Assembly (NCBI GenBank): GCA_018063065.1
Contig: JAGORB010000001.1
Coordinates: 1-54,725 of the forward strand
Source: Minisyncoccota bacterium
GTDB lineage: Bacteria > Patescibacteriota > Minisyncoccia > Phycocordibacterales > XYD1-FULL-46-19
Direction of reading: 5' to 3'
DNA length: 54,725 nucleotides
Translations under genes and position numbers: made by a program
The notes under the pieces: generated by a model
Told to the model about the DNA's origin: nothing
Database searches by the model: none
What the model saw: only the letters and a program-made list of their open reading frames with translations
Shown here: piece after piece, positions 10,491 through 19,063 of the stretch
Numbering within the stretch: the stretch's first letter is position 1
Layout: each line of letters opens with the position of its first letter

Positions 10491-11936
10491 TTATTTCTTC
10501 CTTTCTTCTTTTAATAAATAATTTTTGATGTGTTTGCGGGCCATGGAGGTGCGGACAATAGAGAGCCACTTGGGGCTCGGGTGAGTAGTCTTTTTAACTT
10601 CAATCTGGACTAAGTCATGACTTTTTAAAGCGGTGTCCATCGCCACAAATTTATTATTAACCGTGGCTCCGGCGGCGTGCTCGCCAATGTCAGAGTGAAT
10701 GGCGTAGGCAAAGTCGAGCGCCGTGGCGCCTTTGGGCAATTCAATAACGTCACCTTTGGGGGTGAAGGTAAAGATGCGATCTTGGAAGAAGTCATTTTTA
10801 AGATCGGCTAAGAATTGGCCTGACTCTTCAACCTGCTTCTGCCATTCAATGAGGTCTTGGAGCCAAGCCACCTTCTTGGTGGCCTTACCGCCATTCTTGG
10901 GCTTACCGGTCTCGTCGTACAAGAGGTGCGAGGCGAAGCCGTACTCGGCGGCCTCATGCATCTTCTTACTCCTAATCTGGATCTCAGCCATAGTGCCATC
11001 ACTTAAGAAGATGGCGGTGTGTATACTCTGATAACCATTCATCTTAGGATGAGCAATGTAATCCTTGAGGCGCCCTGGTACCGGCTTCCACAGCGAGTGG
11101 ATAATGCCTAAAGTTTGATAGCAATCGGGGAGCGTGGGCACAATTACCCGCAGAGCCGAGAGATCATAAATTTGACTCATGTCCATATGGTGGCGCTTGA
11201 GCTTGAGGTAGAGCGAGTACAAATATTTAATCCGGTAATCAATATGAGCGTCTTTAATATTCTGAATCGCCAACTCTTTAGACAGGGTGCGATAAATCTT
11301 CTCTAACTTCCGGAGAGATTCTTTACCTTTAGTCTTGCGCAATTTATTTACTTCTTTAAATTCTTCCGGATAAGCGTAGGGGAAGGCGGCATCTTCCAGC
11401 TGGCCCTTCAACTTCCAGATACCCAAGCGATTGGCTAAGGGAGCATAAATTTCTAAAGTCTCCACGGCAATACGCTCCTGCTTGTCGGGGCGGACATGTT
11501 CTAAGGTACGCACATTGTGCAAGCGGTCGGCTAATCTAATTAAGATAACCCGCAAGTCCTTGGCCATGGCTACAAATAATTTGCGCAGGCTCTCTACATG
11601 GCGCTCCAGACCCTGATACTTAAGCTTGCCGAGTTTGGTCACGCCATCTACCAAGAAGGCAATATTCTTACCAAACTTCTTCTCAATCTCCTCAATTATC
11701 ACTGGCGTATCCTCGACCGTGTCGTGGAGGAGAGCGGCGGCAATAGTCTCGGCGTCGGCCCGGAGCTCGATGAGGATTTGGGCCACGGCAATGGGGTGGA
11801 TAATATAAGCCTCGCCGGAGAAGCGGGTCTGCCCCTCGTGAGCGCCCAAGGCAAAGTAAAAGGCGCGTTTAATAAGCTCTTTCTGCTCTTTATTTAGATA
11901 ATCGGCGGGGGCCAAAATCTCTTCCACAGAGGTCAT
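10491..11936 (-). CDS. relA: RelA/SpoT-homologue (p)ppGpp synthetase/hydrolase, short form (HD + synthetase + TGS, no ACT)
   Basis: 481 aa. HD motif HEGQ..YIIHP..LLHDTVEDT, synthetase region YQSIHTAI, and a C-terminal TGS-like segment FTPKGDVIELPKGATALDFAYAIHSDIG. Confidence 0.9.
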   Translation of the reverse strand: MTSVEEILAPADYLNKEQKELIKRAFYFALGAHEGQTRFSGEAYIIHPIAVAQILIELRADAETIAAALLHDTVEDTPVIIEEIEKKFGKNIAFLVDGVTKLGKLKYQGLERHVESLRKLFVAMAKDLRVILIRLADRLHNVRTLEHVRPDKQERIAVETLEIYAPLANRLGIWKLKGQLEDAAFPYAYPEEFKEVNKLRKTKGKESLRKLEKIYRTLSKELAIQNIKDAHIDYRIKYLYSLYLKLKRHHMDMSQIYDLSALRVIVPTLPDCYQTLGIIHSLWKPVPGRLKDYIAHPKMNGYQSIHTAIFLSDGTMAEIQIRSKKMHEAAEYGFASHLLYDETGKPKNGGKATKKVAWLQDLIEWQKQVEESGQFLADLKNDFFQDRIFTFTPKGDVIELPKGATALDFAYAIHSDIGEHAAGATVNNKFVAMDTALKSHDLVQIEVKKTTHPSPKWLSIVRTSMARKHIKNYLLKEERKK

Positions 11937-12029
11937 ACGCTAGATACTAGCAAAAATTAATAGTTTGTGGTATTTTACTTTTGGCGTTTAGTTCTTGGGT
12001 TTAAAGTTTAACAAGAGGGGATTAGGGAA

Positions 12030-12194
12030 ATGAAAGAGAAAAAGAAGAAAGATGAGCCTCCGGGGGAATCTTGGGAAGACATCAAGCGTCGTCTTATAAA
12101 CAACTCACACACTTTCAAGCCGGATGGCGATCAACCTCGTCAAAACCGCAACTCCAATCCTTCGGCTGTCGCCGCTCCTTCTCGGCGCACATAG
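12030..12194 (+). CDS. possible small hypothetical protein (54 aa)
   Basis: An ATG is preceded by GAGGGG. The product is a charged peptide, MKEKKKKDEPPGESWEDIKRRL... It is below the ORF-track cutoff, and a GC hairpin plus T-run follows near 12210-12265. Confidence 0.3.
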   Translation: MKEKKKKDEPPGESWEDIKRRLINNSHTFKPDGDQPRQNRNSNPSAVAAPSRRT

Positions 12195-12251
12195 CCAACC
12201 CATGGCGTGGCCCCACACTAACACTTGTTGTTAGTCTCGGGCCCGCCTTTT

Positions 12252-14420
12252 TTATTTGGCCAATTTGTGGGGATTGTGGTTGGGGCACGCCTTGTTAGAG
12301 CAGCGCTCGGGGATAGTCTTGGTACCCTCCATCATTAAGGCCCCGCACTCCGGGCACAATTTCCCGGTTGGTTTGGATTTAATAATATTTTTACAATCCG
12401 GATAATTGGAGCAACCGTAGAAGATGCCAAAGCGGCCGCGCTTCTCGCGCATGGTGCCCTTTTTACAAATTGGGCATTCTACACCGGTGTCGCCGGCGGT
12501 ATTGTTCTCATCTTTTTTAATAAATTTACATTTAGGATAACGCGAGCAGGAGATAAAGGTGCCGTAGCGACCCTCGCGCTCTACCAATTTACCCTCCGTA
12601 CATTCCGGACATGGCTCACCAGTCTCCTTAGGACCCTCCAATTTTTTACCTTCTAATGTTAAAGCTCCGGTGCAGTCCGGAAAACGAGCGCACGAATAAA
12701 ATTTACCACCGCGACTAAGTTTAATAATCATTGAGCCACCGCAGATGGGACATTTCATCTCTTTAGGCGCCTCGCCGAGGTTGGTAATCTTCTCTAACTT
12801 CTTTTTATCTTTAATTGCTTTAGTAAAGGGGCCGTAAAAATCCTTTAAAGTTTTAATATACTCTCGGTCGCCGTTGGCGATATCATCGAGATTATTCTCC
12901 ATCTCAGCGGTGAAGGAGTCGCTAATGTAATCGGCAAAATGTGTTTCTAAGAAGGTGGAGACCACCTCGCCGGTGTCGGTGGGTCTTAGACTGCGTTGCT
13001 CCTTCTCTACATAACCGCGGTCAATAATCGTTTTAATAATGGCGGCGTAAGTAGATGGCCGGCCAATACCGCGCTTCTCCAGCTCTTTAACCAAACCCGC
13101 TTCAGTGTAGCGGTGAGGCGGCTCTGTCTCTTTGCCTAGAGCGGTTAAGTCTTTAAGATCCAACTTCTCGCCACTAGTAAACTTAGGCAAGATCACATCC
13201 TCACCTTTAGCCTTGGGGTCAGCGGCTAGCCAACCGTCAAAGAGGACGCGCGAGCCGGTGGCTTTAAATTCTGGCACAGTTTTCTCATTAGTCTCTGCTG
13301 TAACAGTAGTGCGCATCATTAAAGCGTCACTCATCTGGCTCGCTACCGCTCGCCGCCAAATAAGCTCATAAAGTTTTTGCTCTTGGGCCGAGTTGCCGGC
13401 GCGCAAGGTGCTAGCGTGGGTTGGTCGGATAGCCTCGTGCGCTTCTTGGGCGTTCTTACTTTTAGTCGAGAAGACGTGTCCCTCATAATATTTATCACCA
13501 AACTTTTGCTTCACCACGCCGGCAATCTCACCGAGGGCTTGCTTGCTCAAGTTGGTGGAATCGGTACGCATGTAAGTAATGTGTCCGGCCTCATAGAGTT
13601 TCTGCGCCAAGCGCATCGTAATAGACGGGGAGAGGCCAAGACGAGACGAGGCCGTTTGCTGGAGCGTGGAGGTAGTGAAGGGCGCGCGAGCTTTACGCTT
13701 CTGCTCGCTCTCTTCTACCTTAGCCACATTCCAATCAGCTTTTTTACCAGCTTCGACAATTTTATCAGCCTCGGCTTGAGACTTGGGCTCATCCACACAA
13801 GTAAATTCGATTGGTTCTCCTTCCTTACCCTTCAATAAAGCCGTGAGGACCCAAAATTTTTCCGGAATAAAGGCTTTAATCTCGCGCTCGCGCTCAACTA
13901 ATATGCGCAAGGCCGGCGATTGTACGCGGCCGGCCGAGAGGCCATAACGCAGCTTGGTCCAGATAAGCCCGGAGAGATCGTAACCAAAGAGGCGATCCAG
14001 CACGCGCCGGGCTTCTTGGGCCTCACGGAGCTTGTCATCAATCTGACGCGGATGAAGCATCGCCTCTTGCACGGCCTCTTTAGTAATCTCGTGGAAGACA
14101 ACGCGCTTGGGCTTCTTAAGTTTAAGTGCCTCGGTAATGTGCCAGGCAATCGCCTCGCCCTCGCGGTCGGGGTCGGTGGCGAGTAAGACTTCATCGGCTT
14201 TATTGGCGAGAGTTTTTAAGTCGTGCACCACCTTCTCTTTGCCTTTACTAATTTCATAATGGGGGATGAAACCGCCCTCAATATCAATGGCGTTTTTATT
14301 AGACTTAGGGAGATCACGAATATGCCCCACACTCGCGCGCACGGTGTAGGCGCCATCAAGATATTTAGAAATTGTTTTCGCCTTCGCTGGCGACTCAACA
14401 ATGAGTAACTTTTTAGACAT
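12252..14420 (-). CDS. topA: DNA topoisomerase I
   Basis: 722 aa. N-terminal Toprim (LLIVESPAKAKTI), active-site region (YITYMRTDS), and four C-terminal CxxC..CxxC zinc ribbons. Confidence 0.97.
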   Translation of the reverse strand: MSKKLLIVESPAKAKTISKYLDGAYTVRASVGHIRDLPKSNKNAIDIEGGFIPHYEISKGKEKVVHDLKTLANKADEVLLATDPDREGEAIAWHITEALKLKKPKRVVFHEITKEAVQEAMLHPRQIDDKLREAQEARRVLDRLFGYDLSGLIWTKLRYGLSAGRVQSPALRILVEREREIKAFIPEKFWVLTALLKGKEGEPIEFTCVDEPKSQAEADKIVEAGKKADWNVAKVEESEQKRKARAPFTTSTLQQTASSRLGLSPSITMRLAQKLYEAGHITYMRTDSTNLSKQALGEIAGVVKQKFGDKYYEGHVFSTKSKNAQEAHEAIRPTHASTLRAGNSAQEQKLYELIWRRAVASQMSDALMMRTTVTAETNEKTVPEFKATGSRVLFDGWLAADPKAKGEDVILPKFTSGEKLDLKDLTALGKETEPPHRYTEAGLVKELEKRGIGRPSTYAAIIKTIIDRGYVEKEQRSLRPTDTGEVVSTFLETHFADYISDSFTAEMENNLDDIANGDREYIKTLKDFYGPFTKAIKDKKKLEKITNLGEAPKEMKCPICGGSMIIKLSRGGKFYSCARFPDCTGALTLEGKKLEGPKETGEPCPECTEGKLVEREGRYGTFISCSRYPKCKFIKKDENNTAGDTGVECPICKKGTMREKRGRFGIFYGCSNYPDCKNIIKSKPTGKLCPECGALMMEGTKTIPERCSNKACPNHNPHKLAK

Positions 14421-14529
14421 TAAACTTAAGTATTACCTGTAAACTACATTTTTAGCAAATTTGTAAATTTAAAAACAAAATAAAAACCCGCCGAAACTTC
14501 CGACGGGCCTCAAGTTATTTGTGAGGAGT

Positions 14530-14757
14530 TTATTGCTTGGTAACTTCAGTGATACAGAGAATCACACCGCTAAGCGCAATAGAACCTCCTACTGCCATGA
14601 AAGCTAAGGCGATCATACTTCGAAGCATTGGCTCCGGTTTGGTAAGGGTACCATGTTTTATGGCTTGGTAAACAGTGAGGAAGCCAAATACTCCTCCTCC
14701 TACTGCCATACCCATACCGATTGCCATTATTACCGTCCCAATTTGCACAACAGACAT
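14530..14757 (-). CDS. small membrane protein (75 aa, two TM helices)
   Basis: Two hydrophobic Gly-rich helices. A terminator hairpin plus T-run lies downstream at about 14478-14512. Confidence 0.6.
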   Translation of the reverse strand: MSVVQIGTVIMAIGMGMAVGGGVFGFLTVYQAIKHGTLTKPEPMLRSMIALAFMAVGGSIALSGVILCITEVTKQ

Positions 14758-14949
14758 TCATCTCTCCTAAATTTATATACCAAGGTTTAATCCTTCTTTA
14801 TATTATCATATATTCTATAATAAGTCAATAATTCCTACATTTTGTACGGTCGTAGGTTTTGGAGGAATTGGTAGTAAAAGGCAAAATAAAAACCCGCCTC
14901 ATGGTGACAGCGGATTTTGTTTTTCGTGTCAGCGCGGCGGGAGAGTAAT

Positions 14950-15135
14950 TCAGAGATTTTGTGGGATATCTAAGTGGATATCAAACTCAAGAGGAATTGT
15001 ACAAATTAGTTTTCCGATTGCTTCCTCTTTCGTTCTGCCAGTGCAGGCATCTTTGCCGTCATTATAGATGCTTGCCGCAAACTGATCTTCCGGGTCAGAA
15101 AATTCAACTTCTCGAACAAATATTGTTCTTCTCAT
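14950..15135 (-). CDS. small hypothetical protein (61 aa)
   Basis: A very strong SD (AGGAGGAGG) lies 9 nt upstream of the ATG. The segment DACTGRTKEEAIGKL weakly resembles HicB/UPF0150-type antitoxins, but this is not verifiable here. Confidence 0.6.
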   Translation of the reverse strand: MRRTIFVREVEFSDPEDQFAASIYNDGKDACTGRTKEEAIGKLICTIPLEFDIHLDIPQNL

Positions 15136-15184
15136 GAGATTTTACCTCCTCCTGTGTGAAGGGTAACATATTACTTTTAAAAAG

Positions 15185-16054
15185 TCAAGCCAATCTAACT
15201 TCGCCCATGGTTTCTTTGATGAGACCTTTAATTTCTAGAGTGGCCAGCGTCTGGTTGGCGTCAGCGGCCGAGAGCTCACACTCCATAATTAATTCATCGC
15301 GGGGGAGTGGCTCTACTTGCAATAATTCCACAATCTTTTGCTCATTCTCGGTTAAATCAGCAAAGAGGCTGGCTTGTTTATTCTCCTCTATCTCTTCCAG
15401 TTTAAAGCCTAGCGCTTCTAAAATATCTTTACTATCAATAATCGGCGTTGCCCCTTGGCGGATTAATCTATTGGTGCCCTTGGAACCGAAGTTGAAGATC
15501 GAGCCCGGCACCGCGAGGACATCACGATTGTAATCCAGCGCCAAGCGGGCGGTAATAAGGGTGCCCGACTTCTCACCCGCTTCTATTATTAGAGTAGCTT
15601 TGGAGAGGGCAGCCATGAGGCGATTGCGCTTGGGGAAGGTGTGTATACCCGCCGGTTGAGTGGGCTCATACTCGGCCACCAAGGCCCCACCCTCATAAAC
15701 TATCTCATCGGCCAACTTCTTATTAGATGACGGGTGGATGACCGAGCGGTCCAAGCCAGATCCGGGGAAGGCGAGTGTGGGCAATTTGGCCTTGATGGCC
15801 GCCTTATGAGCGATGGTATCTATACCAATAGCGAGTCCAGAGACTATTACTACTGGGTAGCCGGCGAGGCCGGCAATAAGCTCCTCACACACTTCCTTAC
15901 CGTAGTTAGAGAACTTGCGCGAGCCAACCACAGTGAGGAAGATATATTCCTCACTCGGCCAACGGCCATCAATATATAGAGCCTTAGGTGGGTCCGGCAT
16001 CTCTAAGAAGGCTTGGGGCAAATCTTTTTTATCTATCTTTATAATCTCGTTCAT
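15185..16054 (-). CDS. dprA: DNA processing/protecting protein DprA (Smf)
   Basis: 289 aa. Rossmann-like core with VVSGLAIGIDTIAHKAAI, FPGSGLD, GALVAEY, FPKRNRL and TLIIEAGEKSG. Confidence 0.92.
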   Translation of the reverse strand: MNEIIKIDKKDLPQAFLEMPDPPKALYIDGRWPSEEYIFLTVVGSRKFSNYGKEVCEELIAGLAGYPVVIVSGLAIGIDTIAHKAAIKAKLPTLAFPGSGLDRSVIHPSSNKKLADEIVYEGGALVAEYEPTQPAGIHTFPKRNRLMAALSKATLIIEAGEKSGTLITARLALDYNRDVLAVPGSIFNFGSKGTNRLIRQGATPIIDSKDILEALGFKLEEIEENKQASLFADLTENEQKIVELLQVEPLPRDELIMECELSAADANQTLATLEIKGLIKETMGEVRLA

Positions 16055-16147
16055 AAATTAGCTAAATCTTATCAACATATTGTATCAAAAAAAATCTTAT
16101 GGTAGATTACCTTTTGGAAATTGGCCTTAATTAAGTATGGGGGTGTT

Positions 16148-16342
16148 ATGGCTAGCCTTTGGGACGAAGTTGGATCCGAATTCAGTGAGGAAACGGTCGT
16201 CACTATGCGCACCGAGGAGGAGGTTTACCAAAAACAAAGGAAAAGGGACTTATTCAAGAAGTCTGTAGATGAACGGGTTTGGATAATGATCAAGAAGGAA
16301 ACGAGGAGGGTTGCTGGCAATCCTGGAACTTTTGGAGGGTAG
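16148..16342 (+). CDS. small hypothetical protein (64 aa)
   Basis: An ATG at 16148 follows GGGGGTG. I recognised no family. Confidence 0.35.
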   Translation: MASLWDEVGSEFSEETVVTMRTEEEVYQKQRKRDLFKKSVDERVWIMIKKETRRVAGNPGTFGG

Positions 16343-16346
16343 AATA

Positions 16347-16505
16347 GTGTCTGGTAAAAAGAAACGGCTCCGCAATCAGGATGTGATCACTATTATCTCA
16401 ACCGGTCAAAGATGGCGTTATCGCGGCTGGTCCAAAAAGAAGCGTCGTTCTCGGCTCGTCGTCTTGTCTACCATCAGTCCACCACAAGTGCCGGACCCCG
16501 CATAA
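16347..16505 (+). CDS. small basic hypothetical protein (52 aa, GTG start)
   Basis: GGAGGG lies 7 nt upstream of the GTG at 16347. The product is K/R-rich, and a strong terminator follows. Confidence 0.3.
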   Translation: MSGKKKRLRNQDVITIISTGQRWRYRGWSKKKRRSRLVVLSTISPPQVPDPA

Positions 16506-16526
16506 AAATGCCGGCACTATTTCCAG

Positions 16527-16567
16527 AGCTCCCATCGCCAACCCGCGCGATGGGGCTCTTTTTATTT
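16527..16567 (+). terminator. intrinsic terminator
   Basis: GAGCTCCCATCGC-caaccc-GCGATGGGGCTC stem followed by TTTTTATTTT. Confidence 0.7.
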
Positions 16568-16593
16568 TAACCACTTTTTGCTATCCTGTTTTT

Positions 16594-17850
16594 ATGCTCG
16601 ATATTAAGTTTATTAAGGAGAATTCCGAAGTGATTAAAGAGGCTGTCCGGAAGAAGAGGCTGACAGTGGATATTGATCGACTCTTAACTTTAGATAATGA
16701 ACGCTTAGAATTACTCTCCCAAGTGGAGGCCCTGCGCGCTAAGCAGAACGAGGCCAGCGTCCAGATCCAACAAGCACAAGGTGACGAGCGCGAGACCTTA
16801 ATCTCGGCCATGAAGGAGGTTAAAGAAGAACTTCAGGCCGGCGAGGAGAAGTTGAAGGGCATTATGACCGAGTGGCGGAGTATTATGCTCCAAGTACCCA
16901 ATGTGCCAGACATGAGTGTGCCGGAGGGTGATGACGACTCCCAGAATGAAGAGACAAGAGTCTGGGGTGATCTGCCTAAATTTGATTTTGAACCTAAGAA
17001 TCATATTGAACTGTTAGAGAAGTTGGGCCTCATTGATTTTGAGCGCGGAGCCAAGGTCTCTGGCTTCCGCGGTTATATTTTGAAGGGGGAGGCGGTTAAG
17101 CTCCACTTCGCGCTCTGGCAGTGGGCGATGGATGAACTTAATAAAAAAGGTTTTGAATCGATGATTGTACCGACTATTGTCCGACCAGAGCCATTCTTCG
17201 GCACCGGTTATTTGCCACAAGGGGAAGAAGATTTATATAAAACTCAAGATGGCGATTATTTGGCTGGCACCGCCGAGGTGGCCACCATGGGCTATTATTT
17301 AGATGAAGTGTTGGAGGGGGAATTGCCTAAGAAGATGGCTGCCTTCTCACCGTGCTTCCGTCGTGAGGCGGGGAGTCACGGCAAGGACACCAAGGGGGCC
17401 TTCCGCGTGCATGAATTTTATAAAGTCGAGCAAGTGGTACTGTGCGAGGCCTCACATGAAGAGAGCGTGAAGTGGCATGAAGAGTTAACCAAGAATGCCG
17501 AGGAGTTAATGCAGGCACTTAAAATTCCTTATCATGTGGTTACTAACTGCACCGGTGATTTAGGGTTAGGTCAGGTTAAGAAGTATGACATTGAGGCTTG
17601 GTTACCGAGTGAGGGTAAGTATCGCGAGACTCACTCTATTTCTTACTTCCACGACTTCCAGACTCGCCGACTCAATATCCGTTACCGTGATGCTGAAGGT
17701 AAGCTCCGCTTCGCTCATTCCCTTAATGGTACCGCTGCTGCCACCCCGCGACTCTTCATTGCTTTAGTAGAGAATTATCAAAATGCCGATGGCACTATTA
17801 CAGTGCCTGAAGTTTTGCGACCATACTTTGGCCACGACCAGATCAAATAG
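16594..17850 (+). CDS. serS: seryl-tRNA synthetase
   Basis: 418 aa. N-terminal coiled-coil arm and class II motifs (FRREAGS, GTAAATPR). Confidence 0.96.
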   Translation: MLDIKFIKENSEVIKEAVRKKRLTVDIDRLLTLDNERLELLSQVEALRAKQNEASVQIQQAQGDERETLISAMKEVKEELQAGEEKLKGIMTEWRSIMLQVPNVPDMSVPEGDDDSQNEETRVWGDLPKFDFEPKNHIELLEKLGLIDFERGAKVSGFRGYILKGEAVKLHFALWQWAMDELNKKGFESMIVPTIVRPEPFFGTGYLPQGEEDLYKTQDGDYLAGTAEVATMGYYLDEVLEGELPKKMAAFSPCFRREAGSHGKDTKGAFRVHEFYKVEQVVLCEASHEESVKWHEELTKNAEELMQALKIPYHVVTNCTGDLGLGQVKKYDIEAWLPSEGKYRETHSISYFHDFQTRRLNIRYRDAEGKLRFAHSLNGTAAATPRLFIALVENYQNADGTITVPEVLRPYFGHDQIK

Positions 17851-18664
17851 GAAGATTTATAGACAAGCTTCACCTTGGCCCTTAATCGGCGCTGGTATTT
17901 TAGTGGGCCTTCTCATCATCATCGGCCTCGTTCTTTATCTTCCCTTCTTTTTAATTGAAGAGATTGAAGTTGAGGGAGCGCAAATTGTGAAGAGTGAGGA
18001 GGTGGTGGGGGAGGTTACCAGTTTTTTAGCCGGGAATAAATTCTTAATCATTCCGCGCCGGCACATCTGGCTGTATGCGGAGGAGGAGTTGCAAGCGCAT
18101 CTCTTTACCACCTTCTCTCGTCTCGACAGTGTGTCTGCTGTTTCTGGCTTCCCCAGCAAGCTCACCATTACCGTTACCGAGCGCTCACCGGTAATGCTCT
18201 ATTGTGAGGGTAATTTAAATTGCTTCTTTATCAATAAGCAGGGCGTGGCTTACACCCGCTCGCCGTCCTTCTCTCCTGGCGTCTTCTTGGAGTGGCGGGC
18301 CAGCAGTACGGCTATTACCGCGCCGCTGGCGGTGAGTAATGCCGCCGAGGTGGAGCGCCTACTTGATTTAAAGACCATCATCCTTCAAGTTTTAGAATTG
18401 TTAGGCTTGAAGGGTTGGCAAGTTAATTCTTTCACTAGTACGGCGGATCATGACTTTATTTTTACCGTCACGCCTGCGCGAGCCACTAGCACACAAGTTT
18501 TACCTTGGGAGATTATGGTTGATCAAGAGACCCCGGCTCTCACGGTGGGCAATAATCTCCACGCCGCCCTCTCGGCTATTCTTAAAGACAGTCAGGATAA
18601 AACTCTCCCGCCCCTACAATATGTTGATGTCCGCTTTGGCAAGAAAGTTTTTTATAAACTATAA
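17783..18664 (+). CDS. ftsQ: FtsQ/DivIB-like cell division protein (TM + POTRA)
   Basis: A TM helix (LIGAGILVGLLIIIGLVLYLPFFL) is followed by a POTRA-like segment (IEEIEVEGAQIVKSEEV..LTITVTERSPV). The start is uncertain: ATG 17783 overlaps serS by 68 nt, and the in-frame TTG at 17828 is an alternative. Confidence 0.7.
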   Translation: MPMALLQCLKFCDHTLATTRSNRKIYRQASPWPLIGAGILVGLLIIIGLVLYLPFFLIEEIEVEGAQIVKSEEVVGEVTSFLAGNKFLIIPRRHIWLYAEEELQAHLFTTFSRLDSVSAVSGFPSKLTITVTERSPVMLYCEGNLNCFFINKQGVAYTRSPSFSPGVFLEWRASSTAITAPLAVSNAAEVERLLDLKTIILQVLELLGLKGWQVNSFTSTADHDFIFTVTPARATSTQVLPWEIMVDQETPALTVGNNLHAALSAILKDSQDKTLPPLQYVDVRFGKKVFYKL

Positions 18665-18673
18665 TAAAAGAGC

Positions 18674-19063
18674 GTGCAATCTTATCTCTATTTGCCTACC
18701 TATGTCATCTGGCATTACACCGCCGGCCTTAAGGCGGCCGGCGGCTTGGCGCTCAACTTTATTCGCTTCACCGCCAACTTCTTCTCCCTTCAACTTTTAT
18801 TAAAGACTCTCTTCTCGCCGTGGCGGCGCTTGGGCGAGCATTATGTCTCGGGCTTGCATCCCAGCGAGTGGCTCTCGACCTTCTTGGTTAATACCTTAAT
18901 GCGCATTGTGGGTGCGATTATCAGATTAATTTTAATCATCGTTGGTTTACTAATGATAATGCTTACCGCTCTTGGCGGATTATTAATGCTAATCATCTGG
19001 GTGCTGTGGCCGGCCTTAATCCTCATCGCCATTAGTGGCGGCTTGTTTTTAATCTTTAGTTAA
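18674..19063 (+). CDS. hypothetical membrane protein (129 aa, GTG start)
   Basis: The C-terminal half forms two or three hydrophobic helices. It abuts the next gene (stop at 19063, ATG at 19064). Confidence 0.6.
   Translation: MQSYLYLPTYVIWHYTAGLKAAGGLALNFIRFTANFFSLQLLLKTLFSPWRRLGEHYVSGLHPSEWLSTFLVNTLMRIVGAIIRLILIIVGLLMIMLTALGGLLMLIIWVLWPALILIAISGGLFLIFS

Noticed and set aside
9400-10600. parS site near parB
   Set aside because: I scanned for TGTTNCACGTGAAACA-like palindromes around parB and at the CACGTG occurrences I noticed (near 21781 and 43305). None fits the parS consensus.
12071-12298. 75-aa ORF between the relA homologue and topA
   Set aside because: It overlaps the topA 3' end and a terminator-like hairpin and has no SD. 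A different small ORF (12030-12194) with an SD is listed at low confidence instead.
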